This document shows, piece by piece, positions 63,989-64,000 of a stretch of 64,000 bases of DNA; position 1 is the stretch's first letter, and every line of letters begins with the position of its first letter. The notes below the pieces were generated by a model. The model had not been told where the DNA came from. It did no database searches and was given only the letters and a program-made list of their open reading frames with translations. This DNA comes from Candidatus Nomurabacteria bacterium (GTDB lineage: Bacteria; Patescibacteriota; Minisyncoccia; Phycocordibacterales; JACOZG01), in NCBI GenBank assembly GCA_020847275.1, contig JADLCI010000001.1, positions 2,540 through 66,539 on the forward strand. The letters are read 5' to 3'. A program made the translations under genes and the position numbers.

Positions 63989-64000
63989 TTCAAACTCCTT

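Noticed and set aside
1-64000. CRISPR arrays, rRNA genes, integrases/transposases, toxin-antitoxin pairs
   Set aside because: I looked for direct-repeat/spacer periodicity, rRNA-like conserved stretches, and recombinase motifs (R-H-R-Y, DDE) and found none. The only mobile-element traces are the HNH gene and the tRNA-Tyr duplication.

Overview
This window reads as a contiguous chromosomal segment from a small-genome bacterium. Base composition is about 45-48% GC with AT-biased third codon positions. I infer a likely Candidate Phyla Radiation (Patescibacteria) origin from three sequence features: rpsE is followed directly by rplO with no rpmD (L30); there are tandem arrays of VirB2/TrbC-like pilin paralogs; and most genes are compact and single-domain. 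Most of the window is core machinery. It holds dnaX (5' part), dusB, serS, dprA-topA, parB, clpB, sodA, a cysteine desulfurase, infB-rbfA, gyrA, rpsA, pth, lepB, hisS, rpsU, ybeY, ftsA, tgt, smpB with tmRNA, infC-rpmI-rplT, ndk, and the distal spc operon (S14-S8-L6-L18-S5-L15-secY-adk-map). There are 9 tRNA genes (Leu-CAA, Arg-CCG, Trp, Tyr, Cys, Leu-TAA, Lys-CTT, Leu-TAG, Arg-CCT), one tmRNA and rpmG. The accessory material clusters at tRNA loci and in surface-protein islands. (1) A single high-GC, GC3-rich receiver-like gene sits beside tRNA-Leu/tRNA-Arg with its own promoter, structured leader and terminator. (2) An orphan gene and an HNH endonuclease sit beside tRNA-Tyr, which carries a 22-bp duplicated 3'-end (att-like scar). 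(3) An SPFH-family gene is followed by a strongly promoted two-gene membrane-protein operon. (4) A five-gene tandem array of VirB2/TrbC-like pilin paralogs shows a gene-conversion tract. (5) An alpha-glucan cluster (GH15, GH57, GT). (6) A run of secreted proteins (CAP, Ig-like repeat, PG-binding domain) plus an unannotated 41-codon Cys-rich peptide with its own promoter and terminator. Other oddities are a frameshifted miaA, a membrane-tethered Clp-family ATPase with a degenerate first ATPase domain, a DsbA-VKOR pair, a 290-nt promoter-to-terminator unit upstream of dnaX of unknown identity, and a terminator/promoter pair plus a GC-richer gene where rplE would be expected upstream of S14. I found no CRISPR array, no rRNA, and no integrase or transposase.
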